This document shows, in pieces, positions 10,619-23,992 of a DNA stretch of 64,000 nt. The notes under the pieces are model-generated. The model ran no database searches. It saw nothing but the letters and a program-made list of their open reading frames with translations, and was not told the origin of the DNA. Both the position numbers and the translations under genes were made by a program. Position 1 is the stretch's first letter; every line of letters begins with the position of its first letter. Origin of the DNA: Yuukianura sp. NJ FZ-2021 (Eukaryota); assembly GCA_046563655.1 (NCBI GenBank), contig CM102286.1, positions 13,578,001 through 13,642,000 of the forward strand, in the 5' to 3' direction.

Positions 10619-11084
10619 TGACTCATTTTTATAGTATTTTTTCATTTTTCATCATTTCGTCGTCACCAGCCTTCTGACGTGTTACTATAGACTTTCCTCC
10701 ACTTTGTATCAAAATGTACCACAAGATGGCACGAGAATTACTTGGTTTATGGTCAAAGCACGCCAAACTCACTTTCTTCTGCTTTCACCACTTCTATAAA
10801 TGACTCATCGACTCATAAAAACTGATTGACTCATGTGAGTCATGACTCATTTCCACCGACATATCAATTTATAACGTAATTTAACGCCAGATAACACCAA
10901 ATTTGGTGAAAACAACAAAATTTTTGTTTTAGTTTATCCAGAATACTAACGATAGTAATTAGTAATTAACAACCAATCAATTATTAACACGTGAAAAATT
11001 TGTTTTTTGATGTTAACATCTTGATTATGACTCCACACTTGAGTCATTAAGTCAATCAGATCTTTTTGAGTCATCTTTGACTCA
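10619..11084. promoter_or_regulatory. Cluster of eight AP-1-type TGA(C/G)TCA sites plus one TGACGTG, upstream of Rab1
   Basis: Exact heptamers start at 10619, 10801, 10827, 10836, 10843, 11040, 11067 and 11078; TGACGTG at 10675. Function is inferred. Confidence 0.6.
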
Positions 11085-14000
11085 AATTTTCCTTTAACAC
11101 TTCGGTCGGCTTTCATTGAATTTTCTTTCATGGGATTCGTTGATACTACCTGCATAATTCATACAATAGTGAATTATATGATATAAATAAATTATATAAT
11201 ATTATAATAAATACAATACATAGTACATACCATGTAAGTGATTAATTGACAATTTTGTATGGAACACATCGCTAAATTATGACTGAGTTTGAGTGTGGCG
11301 GGTGAACGGCTGTTGTGAATGGAGTTTTAAGGACGTGCGTAGCACACTGTCACTTTTACGTTCCGCTGTAAAGGAAGCGCTTAAACGAAGTTTAGCGGAT
11401 GACTTAAGGTTTGATCCAATGCGAATTTATGGAGCGAACCATTTTACAGCTTTTTTAGTACCGAGTATAGCAGTGTATCTGTAGTAATGCTTAGGCATTC
11501 AAAGCATGTTCAATTCATGGAGTCTCGGATGCTGCTGACTGACCTGCACGCGGCAAGTAGCGGAACGCTGCGTTTATTTTGTTGTCATTTTACGCCATTT
11601 TTATTGTTTTCTGGACTTGGCTAATTTGGAACTTTCTCTCGCGTCAAATTCCAAATCAAGAAATCAACTTGGAAATTTTATGTCCCAAAGCCATTACTCA
11701 TCCCATTGCTTCTTTCGAAAAAAGAAAAAAAAAAACTCACATTTTTTGAAAAAAAAACGAGCACATATATTTTTGGTTTTTGAATAGTACTGAAAAGCGG
11801 AAACCGAATTCCAGGTGTAATTGAAAATTTTGAATTTCGCAACTCAATACATTTGGATTCAAGCTTCCACCTTTCTAACTTACCGATTCAAAAATTCCAA
11901 AACCGATTTTCTAATAACTCAAAAACTCCACGTTTTCAAAAAAAAAGTTTCTGTTCTAAAAGTTTTCGTTTTTGAGATTCTTGTATTTCTGTTGATTGGA
12001 GTAATTAAAAACGTTGACTTTTATATTTGAACACAAAAGTATAAAACTTCCGTTGTTGAAATTTTTACTTGAAATACCATTGGTTAGCATTCGGAGGTAA
12101 CTTCAATTAGATCATGCAAGTTAAGTGGAACTTTTGAATTTGAATTTGGCCTTCACTGTCAATTACTATGTTCTCACTTCATTTTTCAAATTCAGTTCAA
12201 AATTGCTAATTTTCGAAAATGCGAACAAAACCTATACTTATGCTAAACATATTTGAATTTAAATCAACTTTGAAAAAAAAAACTTTGACTTGTTTCTAGA
12301 TTTGTCAAGGTCGAATTCCTAAAGATCAGGAAAAAACTAAACTAATTGCAAACTTATGGATTTATGCATTTCAAAAGTTCATGAAATGTTGGTTTAAAAC
12401 TAAAGCAAAAATTTAACATATTTCTCGCTTCAGTTGCTTCTGCGCCGTCGTGGGATCCTGATTGGCCAATGGCGTTGGCTTAACTTGTAGGACATTTTTT
12501 AAAAAAAAATTTGAAGTTGAAGTTTTTCTCACCATTTTTTTTTATTTGACTGACCCTGATAGTTTATCAAGGTACGTTGACCTCAATACTTTTCTAATTT
12601 TACTTTCCTTTGGTTGAAGCGTGGGAGTGGTATTAATACTACAAGCTTAGATAAATATTTGAAAAGCTTATCTTCTCCGTGTGAAGAAATCCAATTATAC
12701 TTTCTCTCACTCAATTTTTTTGTATCTTCGATTATCGCTATTTTTTCTCTTTTCCTTTTCAATTGAATGGAGAAAGGAACAGTTCCATCCAATTCTTCCG
12801 TTTTCCATTTGATAAAATTTTAATAAATTTATGCTTTCACCTGAGCCAGAAAGTGAAAACGAAAGCCGATGAACTTTGCAATCAATTTTCTTATTTTCTT
12901 TCCCGCCCATACTCTACCAACAATTTACGCAATTTTTCAAAAAAGCACTTCAATTCAAATTTTTTATGTAAGAAAACTAGTAGTTACAAACTAATTTTCT
13001 GGACAAGCGCTAAGTGTGTGGGGGGCATTTTTTTTTTTAAATTTCATTTTCCCGCCTTTACTTTTTGTCGATTCGAATTGTGCGCCTCTCACTCTTGCTA
13101 AGGTTCGGTGATTTTGAAATAAAATTTCAAGGTTGTATCGCTTTACAAATTTCGAGCAGAGTTCCATGATCAGCGTTCCAGAGAATGACTTTAAATTTTG
13201 TCGTGGTTCGATACTTGGCGGGAGTAACTATTTCCAAAAAGTCGCGCCAATTTTAAATTCTAAATTCGTGGTGAATTCTATCTATAAGCATAAAGTGGGT
13301 ACCACTTAGACCTTCAAAAGAAAACCTAAATTGGTAGGGAAGAAGAAAAACTGCGCCAATTTCAAAAATGTTCAAACGTTATCAATTATTAGCTTTCACC
13401 GCCAACTTTCCAACATTTTCTAAAAACGTCATTGTAATGATGAATGAGATAAGCAATGACATGGACTACAACAAAAGTCTATAAAGCTCAACGCCTTCGT
13501 CATGTTAAAAGGAGTGGTAGCATGTCATTTTAACTTTTTGATCATTGACGTCATAGTAGTTCAATTGATTACTAGTAGAACTTAAAATAGCTCCGCTTTT
13601 GACCAACTTCAAAAAAAGTTTGAACTTTCCCGCCCTTGAGAGGATCCGAATGAATGGAAAGTTTGCTTAACCTAATTGAAGGTCATGCAAACCTTAACGT
13701 GAGGATGCCATTTGTGTCCAGTCACGTTTTGGTCGCCGGGAATTTTTGGAAGGTCACGAGAGGTCAAATGGCTTAAATTTTTAATGGATCCGCCTACTAA
13801 GCAATTACTGGCGGCGGGAGTTTAAATTTACCGCGACCGCAACCAATGCCAAGGTCAATGTCAATGGGGTTGCAAAATTGATGAGCTGTGACGTTAATGC
13901 GCTTAAGTGAAATTGAATGTCTGGAATTTTTTGGACATAATTTTGAAAATGAGGCATAATTTTTTCAAAATTTCAACTGTCTGTCTCTCTTTATGCAATC

Positions 14001-14737
14001 ATTTGTGGAAGCATTTTTTTCTTTGAATTTTTGTTCCTCTTTCATGCAATCAAAGTTGAAAGCATTAATTTTCAAAAATTCTTTTTATAACTTTCACTTT
14101 ACACGCACAGCACACAAGAGGAAAACTAAGAATAGATGGCAATTACTTTCTAAAACTTTTTGTTTTAAAAAATATGCAAAACTAAGTTCTTTTTTAACAA
14201 AAAATTTTAAAATGAATTTAAAATTCTTTTTCATTCTGGAAAACTTTGGAAGTTCCAACTTTCTCCATTTTGAGTCCAAAATGGAGAGTCTTTCATTAAA
14301 ATTAAAAGACAAAGAAAGGTAGATGAAATTTTTCGTTTTTGTTCTGAAATTTTCCTTTCCCGAATTTTTTTGTTCTAAAAATTTAATTCACGTTTTCTGT
14401 TTTAACTTGTATGAAATTACACAAAAATTCTTGTTACACTTTTCGTTGTACTCTCGTTATTTCTTATTTTTTGGTTACTTTCACTTTTGTTAAAAAAATG
14501 TGCAAAAATTTTGTCAAACTTTCTACAATCTGCAAAGTAGCAGTTTTTTTTTCATTTTGATTCATTGACGTAAAAAAGTAGAAATTGTGGTGTGCTAAAA
14601 GTGATCCTTTTTGCAACTGTCACTGGCAAATAAGAGATGCTTCATTTTTCATATAAAACTTTCACTTTTTCTCATTTTCCTGATGAAACTCTTCCTTTTC
14701 TTTCTAATATTGCAACTTTTTGTTTCTTTTCACATAG

Positions 14738-17700
14738 ATGGGCACCTACAGTCCAACTCTGTTTCAACTTTGTTTGTGTTTGATTATGGTGACCTGCCCA
14801 GGTCACCCTCTTCCCCTCCACCGTGAGGAAGAGCTCCTGGCTAATTCAGTTGTCTCAACTGAACAAACAAAAAGTTTTGAAACTGTCCACAAGTGGAGTG
14901 GAAGAAACAGTGAGACAAATAATAGAACTTTCTCCAGCGAAGAACCCCTTCCAGCCCAAGATTTAATGGCTGGAGACGCTGAAAACGCTGAAAACGCTGG
15001 AAATGCTGGAGACCCAGGTGGGGTTGGGACCTCATCAACCGGTCCAATTTCTAGAAGAGGTAAGGATTCAGCGGCTATCAACAAGGATTTAAGCCATTCT
15101 GACTCAATCCAGCCTTTCTCCATTGACGACGTCCAATCATCAGAAAAACTACAAAAAACAACAAACGACTCCAATTTGGACCTTCTGTTTAGAGATTTCG
15201 TCCAGATTTTGGGAAAGCCTGTTCTTGTAACGGCCTTTGGGGGGCCGGAAAGGTCAAAGGTCAATGACCTCCCGCCATTTAGCGTTGACCCTGAAGGCCA
15301 AACGCATTTTGATGAATTTGATCCCCAAGAGCGGGGTTTCGGGGTCTGGGGTTTGGGGTCCGACCCCGGTGGGGTTGAAATGTCGGAGGAGGACAGGAGT
15401 AGAGAGAGGAGACAAGTTGAAGACATATTTGTTGTTTCCAATCCATCTGATGTTGTTGTTGTGGAAGACCTTGACCTCGTGACCTCGACTTCCACTGAGC
15501 CAGAGGTCATCAGCCAGACATTCTCTGCACCAACGAATTTTGGTTCTGGTGACATTGGATTTACCGGAGAACAGTTTTTTCACCGTGCTCGTCGCAGCAT
15601 GAACGAAGTGACAGAGACAAGTAGCAGTACTGCGAGTCCCAGAAGCGACCAAGCTGATGTCGCCTCCACAACTGTCGCTCTTCATCAAGCCTCTGCCACC
15701 GAGGACTCATCTTCTGGAAGTGCATCGTCTGGAAGCATCTTCAGACCATCTTCAGACCATTCAGACCATCATGAGACTTTAATTTGGAAATCAACAGAAG
15801 GCCCCTACGGCCCTTCCTCTTCTGGCCCCATGTCAACGTTCATTAGAGGAAGTCATCTGGACACTTCAAGTCCCATGGACCCTTCAACTTCTACTTCCAT
15901 GGTGGACACAGTGGGCTCTTCTACTGCACCGACCATGGTTGATATTGTGGAGCCTCTGGTTCTTCCAAATCCGTTCATAATGCTTCCAGTCTCTTCTGAC
16001 GGGAAATATCCTGTCCTGGTGGAAATGTCCAACTCAACAAGTTCTGTCAACGGAAGTGAAAGTGATGGGGCTTCAGCACGGAAACGAAGTCAACGCAGCA
16101 CATTCCTGCTGCCAAATGGAACGTCACCAGAAGAAACTACAAGTTCAAGTTCTGGATGCGGTGGTGGAGGTCAAAATGCTCCTGAAAATCTGACAGCCAA
16201 TCAAACGCCGAGGAGCGATCTTACAGCAATCAATACTGCAACGGCTGCAACTCCTGTCATTAATACTGCAACTCCTCCGACTATTCCTACAACTCCTGCA
16301 ACCAATACTGCAACTCCGGCCACCATTGCTACAAGTGCTGTCAGCAATGCTGCAACTCCTGCAACTACCACAAGCGGAAGTACTGCAATTCCGACTTATT
16401 CTGCAGTAAGCAATGGAACGGTTCCAGGAAATTCCAGTGCTGGAATTGAAAGCAGTCCAGCTCCAGAAGGAATCATGGTAACAGAACCTACGATGACAAA
16501 TTTTTCAACTTCCGGGCCAGGGCCTATTATTGTGCAAGATTTGACCTTGAGCGGCAACAACCAATCAGCAACGCCAACTGGAACTCTTCCACAAGTCACG
16601 ACACCACCCACCGTAGCTACTAATACTATTGGTTCTGAAACTTCCAGTACTCCAGCATCTCCTGGAAACTCAAATTCCAGTGCAATCCCAGCAACTACAG
16701 AATTTCCTGGAGTTGGCAGAGCACTGATACTAGAGAATGAGAATGCTACGGCTGCAGAGGGCTGCACGTGCGCAAGAGCAAGAACTGGAGAAAGCACTTT
16801 TGTGCCAGAAAATTTAGAAACACATCAAAATTTAACAACTACTGGAAATACTTCTGCAGTTGCAAGTACAACTTTACCGCCTCCTACGACTTTACCACCA
16901 ATGGGAAATACTGCTCAACCACTTGCTGCTAGTACAACTTTACCACCTATGGCAAATATTGCTCAACCACTTCCAGCTAGTACCACTTTACCACCTAATA
17001 CCTATTTAGCCAAAACCTATTTACCGCCTGGGGCTATCACTGTATCACCACAAGCAATAACTGCTCCAATTGTAGGAAATGCAAGTACTGCTCCAATTTC
17101 TAGTGAAAATGTAACTGTTAATGGAAATGGAACGACGCCGTCTCCTGCAAATTGTGAATTGACGGCAAATTCCACTGCAACTGGAAATTCGAGTGGTAAT
17201 TCTGCTGCAAACGGAGTTCCAAATGGCAGATCTGATTTAATTGGAATTTCAGAACCAACTGAAGCCCCTCCTACAACAGAAAATCTAACGGCGGATAATT
17301 CTACAGCTTCAAATGCTCCAAATTCTACTGCTACAGTAGTAACTTCTGAAGGTGAAAATTTTACTGTCCCAGCATCAGCCACTACTGAAAATTCTACTGC
17401 TTTTCCAGCATCAAATTTTACTACTTTACAATTAATGATTTCTACAACTGAAAATTCTGTTGGCCCAGAAGCTATATCTTCAGCTCCAAATTCTACTTCC
17501 CTACCATCAATTCCTAATTCCAATGCCCCACCATCAACTCTAAATTCCACTGCCCCACTACCAATTCCAAATTCTACTGTAGCACCATCCACAGAAAATT
17601 TTACTGCCCCACCATCAACAGGAAATTCTACTGCCCCACCATCAACTCCAAATTCAACTGCCCCACCATCAACTAGCACAAATGCTACAAGTTTTGACAA

Positions 17701-19930
17701 CTGAAAATCCAATTGCTCGCATCAATTTTAGCTTCCAATGCTACTGCTCCACCATCGACTGGAAATTTTACTGCCCCGCCATCAACTGAAAACGCTACAA
17801 CTCCACCACTAGTTTTGACAACTGAAAGTCCAATTGCTCCAGAAGCCATCTCCGCAACTGCAAGTCCTACTGCCCCACCATCCACTGGAAATTCTACTGC
17901 CCCACAATCAACAGCCAATTCTACTGTCCCACCATCCACATCTAGTCCTACTGCCCCACCATCGACATCTAATTCTACTTCCCCACTATCAACTGGAAAC
18001 TCTGCTGCAGCTCCATCGCTTGCATATTCTACAACCCCACCAATGATTTCCACAACTGAAAACTCTGTTGCTCCTGAAGGCATTTCCGCCACTCTAGCTC
18101 CTCCTGTCCCACCATCAATTTCCGTAACATCAAATTCTTCAGCGACAATAAATTCAACTGGAGTAACACTCATAACCAAAAATTCTGAAATTGCACTCCA
18201 TTTGACCCCGCCGCCTGTAAATCCTCTACCGTGTCAATCATATACGTATGGCTCCCCAGAAAATATTGGCACAAAATCCAACCCAACCGTAGAAAAGCCC
18301 GCCTTCAACGTCCCAGCAGCACCATTAACAACATATTCAACTACAACTTCTTCAAATAATTCTTCATCAAATTCAGCAACAGTTTCAACAACCAGCGGTT
18401 CCTCAACTTCAAATTCACACGAAACTACCAATTCTAATACTTCAACAACAATTTCATCAACTCCCGGAAATGGCAACTCACCGTTTACTACCACAACCAT
18501 GTCTACAACTACTTCGTCAACAAATAATTCTGCGGCAAACAACGCAACATCTTCTGCTACAAACTCAAGCACCAATGCCTCCACAAATTCAAACGGAAAT
18601 AGTTCAACAACAATTTCCTCTACAGGTCCTGCAAATGACTTAGCTCGTGCGAACCTCGCTCCAATTGGGTACCCAGCTCCTCTTGAATTGTCTTCAACCG
18701 GCGCTGCTGACCCGGCTCCTGCATTTTCAAGCTATCCCGTCTTCGATTCAGCATCAGCGTCTACACCAAACACAAATTCACCAAATTCCGCGCCAAATTC
18801 AAATTCAAATCCTACCATCACAAATTCTATGCCAAACCCGAATTCAGCATATCCTGCACCACAACCAAATTCCTCACCAAACACAAATTCTTCACCAACT
18901 TCAAATTTTCCAAATTTTGGTCCAAACTCAAATTCATCAAACACTCAATCAGATGCACCGCCACAAATTCCTGACGCCTCCCAAAGTCAAGCCAGTGGAA
19001 ACGGCCCTGCGCCTGCGCCAAATCCAAATTCAGCATCATCGTCATCCCCCGTACCTTCCAGCATGAATTCAGCTAATGTGCCAATTTCACCGAGTTCTCA
19101 GAATTCAGTCAATTTGCAAAATCCATCATCATCTAATTCTGGAACAAGTTCTCCTCTGACCAGTTCCGGTTCGGAGTCTAATTTGCCTGAAATAGATGCC
19201 ATTCCTATAGCTGGTATGCCTGCCGGAACTTCAAACGAAGCTACCCCTGCTGCTCATGCACCACAAGGTCGTTCGGCTCCAAACGACTCTAACGTAAGTG
19301 CTTAACCATAACAATTAGTTGAAGCAATTAAGACAAACACTTCAGTAGCACCTACACCATCTAAACACTCAGCATTGTAAATTACGCAATAAAAACTACT
19401 TAAAAAACAATAGAATTCTAAAGTTCTTCTGCCTTAACTCAAGGTGAAAATTACCTAACCTGAATTTTCAAGAACTTTTTTCTACATAAACACAAAAGGT
19501 ACACTATTCTCTTGAAATCTTTCAAAAAAAAAGTCAGAAAAAAATTCTCTAGAAAAATGACACCGTACAACTTTCACTTTTGCGTCTTGAGACACTTTTT
19601 CAAAACTATTCAAATTAACATAAGTTTTTCCTAAAAAAATTTCACAATTAAAAGTAGAAGAAAAATTGAAAAAAGTTTAAAAGTACTAAATTTTGGAACC
19701 AGGGTGGACCAAGCCAGTCAAACGCCAACCCAAATGACATTGACTATGCCGTTTCTCAAGGACCGGATTTGTTCTACTCTTTCAACGAAACGGTAAAACC
19801 GAGTGTATCGACCGGTTCGTACAGCGTATTGCTTCCAGACGGTCGAACTCAGATTGTCACCTTCACTGCAGATGAAACTGGCTATCACCCAGTAATTCAA
19901 TATCAAAACATCAAAGCTCCTTCGGGATGA
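14738..19930 (+). CDS. Large secreted Ser/Thr/Pro/Asn-rich mucin-like cuticular protein with a C-terminal Rebers-Riddiford (chitin_bind_4) domain, ~1,580 aa if the break at ~17,690 is spliced or corrected
   Basis: Acceptor cacatag lies directly before ATG 14738, followed by a signal peptide (MGTYSPTLFQLCLCLIMVTCPG). The ORFs at 14738-17704 and 17713-19305 share the same repeats. Donor AAC|gtaagt at 19293 joins in phase 0 to exon 19703-19930, which reads ..DIDYAVSQ..TGSYSVLLPDGRTQIVTFTADETGYHPVIQY (R&R consensus, resilin/RR-2-like). Confidence 0.85.
17380..18110 (+). repeat. Coding tandem repeat, ~24-nt unit encoding N-S/F-T-A-P-P-S-T, with a higher-order 'ISTTENSVAPE' unit
   Basis: Repeated aattctactgccccaccatcaac(t/a) variants are visible in the DNA and in both translations. 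Confidence 0.85.
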
Positions 19931-20998
19931 AAGTGAAAATGCACTTTTACTTCAGATACTCCGAATTACTTTACTTAAATTCCAAATGACATCAAACTAC
20001 CATCTCCATCATTTCACTTCACTTCCACAACATAACATGCAGTAAAATGCTTTCACCAGAAATTGTGGAAACTCTAGATTTTCCAGAAATTCTGGAATTT
20101 TGCACAAAGTGAAGTGTAGTTGGTCATAATCAAAGGAAATGAGGCACTTCTCACATTTCCTTCTTCCGTTATTTCCAACACTCTCAGAAAACGACTCTCC
20201 TTCTGCAGAAGTCCACTTTTCACTTGGAATTTGAATTTCCTTTCTCTAACTTTCACTCCATTTAAAGTACTTCATTAAATTCTACGGTAATTGTATCTTG
20301 GCACCACTTTTTTTGAATTTTCCCTCTCTACATCACATTAACATTTCCAAAAAAGTGTTTTAAAAAAAGCTAAGCGTCTTGTCTTGTAAAAATTCTTTGA
20401 CTTTTTAAACTCACTTTCACAAGATTAAATAAAAAATAAACCTAAACTTTTATTTCCAACTCCACTCTCCATGATTCTCTTGAAATCACAAACATATGCG
20501 TAGAAGTTTCTGAAATTTTGGAATTTCAGAAAGTTCAAAATTTTGAAAATCTAACTTTCTCTTTGAACATTTTGATGTGGGTGCTCATCATTTTGTGAAA
20601 TCTGCCGGTGAAGTACTAACTAGATCAAAGTCAATTAAAAGCTCATGGAGAAAGTGAAATCCTGGACTTCAAATTTTGACCTCAAAATTTCACCTCGAAA
20701 TTTGATTTTGGCGTCAAAAGTTTTGACTACGACGCACCTTACAAGCGTTTGAGCTCCCTTGCCGCCAACTTTTGAGGGTTTAAATAATAAATGGAGTCCA
20801 TATTCTTGGGAAGTGAACCCCTGCAAACAGCATGTCCCATCAAACTTCTCTGGAAAGAGTCTCTGCTACTTCGTAATCTCGTTAGACTCTTGCTACAATT
20901 CAATTTTCTTACTATGCATGGGCATTACAATCCTCACATCATAGAACAAAAGGAACCAAAGTCCTTTAAAAGCAAGATTAAACCAAGATGGATGCCAG

Positions 20999-21253
20999 CA
21001 AGGTTTGTTCACTTTGATTTTCTGTACCAGGTTGGGTAATACCTCATGTTTCTTTGATTTTTACAAAAAAGTGTGTTTGATTTCACTGCATCGTAGTCAT
21101 AACAATACAGCCGAATTTTTCAAAATTGTGCAAAAAAATTGGTAGCAATTTTTCGGATTGGTACTAACATTGCTACCAATTTTTTTCTGTCAACAAACGA
21201 GGTAGTACCCAACCTGTTAAAGAAAACTAACTTTTCTTTGTCAAGGAACCTTG
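20999..21253. mobile_element. Non-autonomous TIR element (MITE) family A, copy 1, 255 bp
   Basis: Ends CAAGGTT...AACCTTG with flanking direct repeat GATGCCAG at 20991-20998 and 21254-21261. Homologous in reverse orientation to the copies at 32565 and 52635. Confidence 0.9.
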
Positions 21254-23992
21254 GATGCCAGCAGGACATAAATTATAAATGATTTTCAAATTTCCTACTT
21301 CTTTTTGTGTGTTTTCAAAATCCCGATCCCAGAGTCTCCATTCAGAAACAAAAACAAAAGCTTTTTCTTCACTTTTTAATACAAAAAAGTTTTGGCGGAG
21401 CTTTTGTTTCTTGTGACGCTTGACAGCGACTCTCACGATGCCAAAAAAAAGTTCGCTTTAACATTTTGCTGAAAAGAAGCAACTGGTTTTTTCAAACACA
21501 AAAAAACTTCAAATATTTCAAATTTGGGCACCTAAATTTGAAATTGGGAGAGATCAAACTATAAACTCAAAAAAAGTTTCACCCCCATCACTTCCCGCTC
21601 TTTTTGGTTTTGAATACTCCAGGGAATGTTGTCTCACTTTTTACGAGAGCAGAAGCATTAGATAGTGAGATTGTATCTTGTTTCCCTGCCCATCGAAATG
21701 GAAATTTAGAACATCAAGAAGTACAGAAACGCAGAATGCCGTGAATAAAGAATTCCATTTTAAACTTTCCCGCCTTCTTTCTTAGCTTACTTTCTTGTTT
21801 TCTCTCAGTTCATGGTCCCTCTCACAACCAATTCCACTTTTTTGAAATTTCCCTCCTCAGAAGAACATTTCATGTTTGGTGTAACGGTACAACTTGGAAT
21901 TTGGTTTTGGCGGGAAAATTCAAAGAAGCATTTGATGTTCCACGTAAACCGTCAGTTCAGTTGCCATAAATTACAATTCTGGGAAGACTCAAGGTGAAAG
22001 TAAGTACAAAATCCAATTGTGAAAGAAGATCACTTTCTCCTGCGCAGCTTTTAGTAAAATGGGATCTGCGCAGCCAGGATGCTCGACCTTCATCATTTAT
22101 GCGCAGTGAAACTCATACGTAAAGCTTTTTGGTACGAAAAGGTGAATTATCTTGTCATTTCTGAAAAATGACACGAAAAGCTGTAAAATCTAAGGTTCGT
22201 TGTAGCTTTTCTCCAAATGTGTTATGTTCACACGTTTTCAAAAATTTGGCTCAACTTGAATTTTGAGTTAATGAGACGAATAAGTGTAAAAATGGTGTAG
22301 GAAATTTGAAATTTTCCAAAAGTGCGAATTGCATAATTTGTCAACTTTCCAAAAAAATAAAAACGAATTAAAATTAAACTCCAACTTCAATAAAAAGTTG
22401 TCTCCTCGTTTTTGCTGTGTCCTAAATCTTAAATTTTTTTTGTATATTGTTTCATTTTTTCAAATTTCAAACTTTCACTTTTAGATTTTTTTTCCTACAA
22501 AAAGAACAAGTTTAGTTTTAGTTACTTTTTTGAAACTGAACCACTTTAAAAATTTCAACTTTTCGCATTTCGTACGTAGAGTAGCTTCTCAATAACTTTC
22601 AACTTTCTTTTTTTAAGCGTAAACGCTACACCAAAATACTCAAAAAGTTTTCCCTTGTGGGTTAAAAATGAACCAGGCAGCGTTTTTTCGTACGTTTTTC
22701 ACAGTTTCCAGCGTTCAGTTGATGTTTCAGCGCTGCAGCGTTTCAGCGCGCCTTAACTTTTTTCCACGATTCATCTTACTACAAAACTTGACTGGGAAAG
22801 TGGAATTGTTAAGCTACAGAGAAAAAGGGAAGTACGTGTGAAATGTTTGTGGCTTTTCATCTTCCTTAGTTTTTTCACTAAACTTATATAGTGAACTGCG
22901 TTTTTTGCCTTAAACCTTACACTTTTTCCAGCCAATTCAAACTTCTGAAGCTCCAACAACACTACCGCTTAAAAACTTTTTTTTAAACTTAAAAAGCAAA
23001 CCAAGCTTTTAAGTTTTGAAAAAAGTAAGGAACGCAGCAAAAGCCCGAAATATTTTCTGCACTTCATCCAACTTCCGCCAGTTGTAGTTTCTGTGATGCA
23101 ATTTTTTAAAATTAAAGAATGCCATTTTTTGAAATTTTTTCTGGAACACTTTTATAAATACGAGTGAAGATTTCTGAAAGTGAGGAGAAAGTTTTCTTGG
23201 AAGAGGAAGTGAAAGGAGGAATTTGTCTTACTTTGCTCAAAATTGCATTACTAAAAGGCGGAAGAAGTCAGTCGTCCCTGACGTTTCTGCAAGACGCGAC
23301 TGTTTTCATTGGATTTTAAACCAATTTAAACTTATCTTGTGTCATACAAAGGAGGTCCTTTAGTTGTGCAGAGTACAATTTTAAACTTTCCAGCTTTAGC
23401 GGTTGATGAACAAACCACTGAAAATGAATAGGAAACACAAAAGGTCAATGTAATGCAGAGGCATTCAAAATTTTGCCGCCACTGGAATTTCTTTTCCGTC
23501 TTTGTGGTTTTCGAAATCAAAGAGAAAGTTTGGGCGAATATTCAAAAGATTCCCGGGCATTCTTGAAGCTCGTAAATGGTAACCACACCATTAGGGTAAG
23601 AAATGCTTCCGGTTTTTGGCGGTTGAATTTTTGAAATTTTGGAAACCAAGAGACAGCTAGAGAAAGTGAAACCAAAGTGAAAGTTAATGTCACAAATTCG
23701 GGAAGATCTGGAAGTGACTTGGCAGGTATATGTTTTCCGGTTTGTCGGTTGGGATTGATTCCAAGGATAAGAAAACTTTTACAGACAGACTTTTTTGAAA
23801 AAACAAAATTTCGAAAGAAAGAAAAAAAGAAGTAACCATATTTTGATACAAGTTTTTTTTTCTTGAAACGAAAAAAGTTTGAAAGTTTGCTAACAAGACG
23901 CTGACAAGTTTTCATGAATTAAGCCAAAATTGGACTGGATATGAAACCAAGCGACATAAAGTTTTTAAAGCTTTTTGGCTTAAAATTTTGGA

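Noticed and set aside
16220..16400. Antifreeze-glycoprotein-like Thr-Ala-Ala repeats in the mucin
   Set aside because: Too irregular and short; consistent with ordinary mucin composition.
14803..19066. Long antisense and alternate-frame ORFs over the cuticle mucin (e.g. 14803-15555, 17017-17712, 17685-18179)
   Set aside because: These are shadows of a low-complexity Ser/Thr/Pro/Asn sense frame, which lacks antisense stops; no independent motifs.
20705..21039. Short ORFs left of MITE copy 1 as a receptor pseudogene
   Set aside because: No recognisable motif or splice structure, and part of the ORF runs into the MITE.
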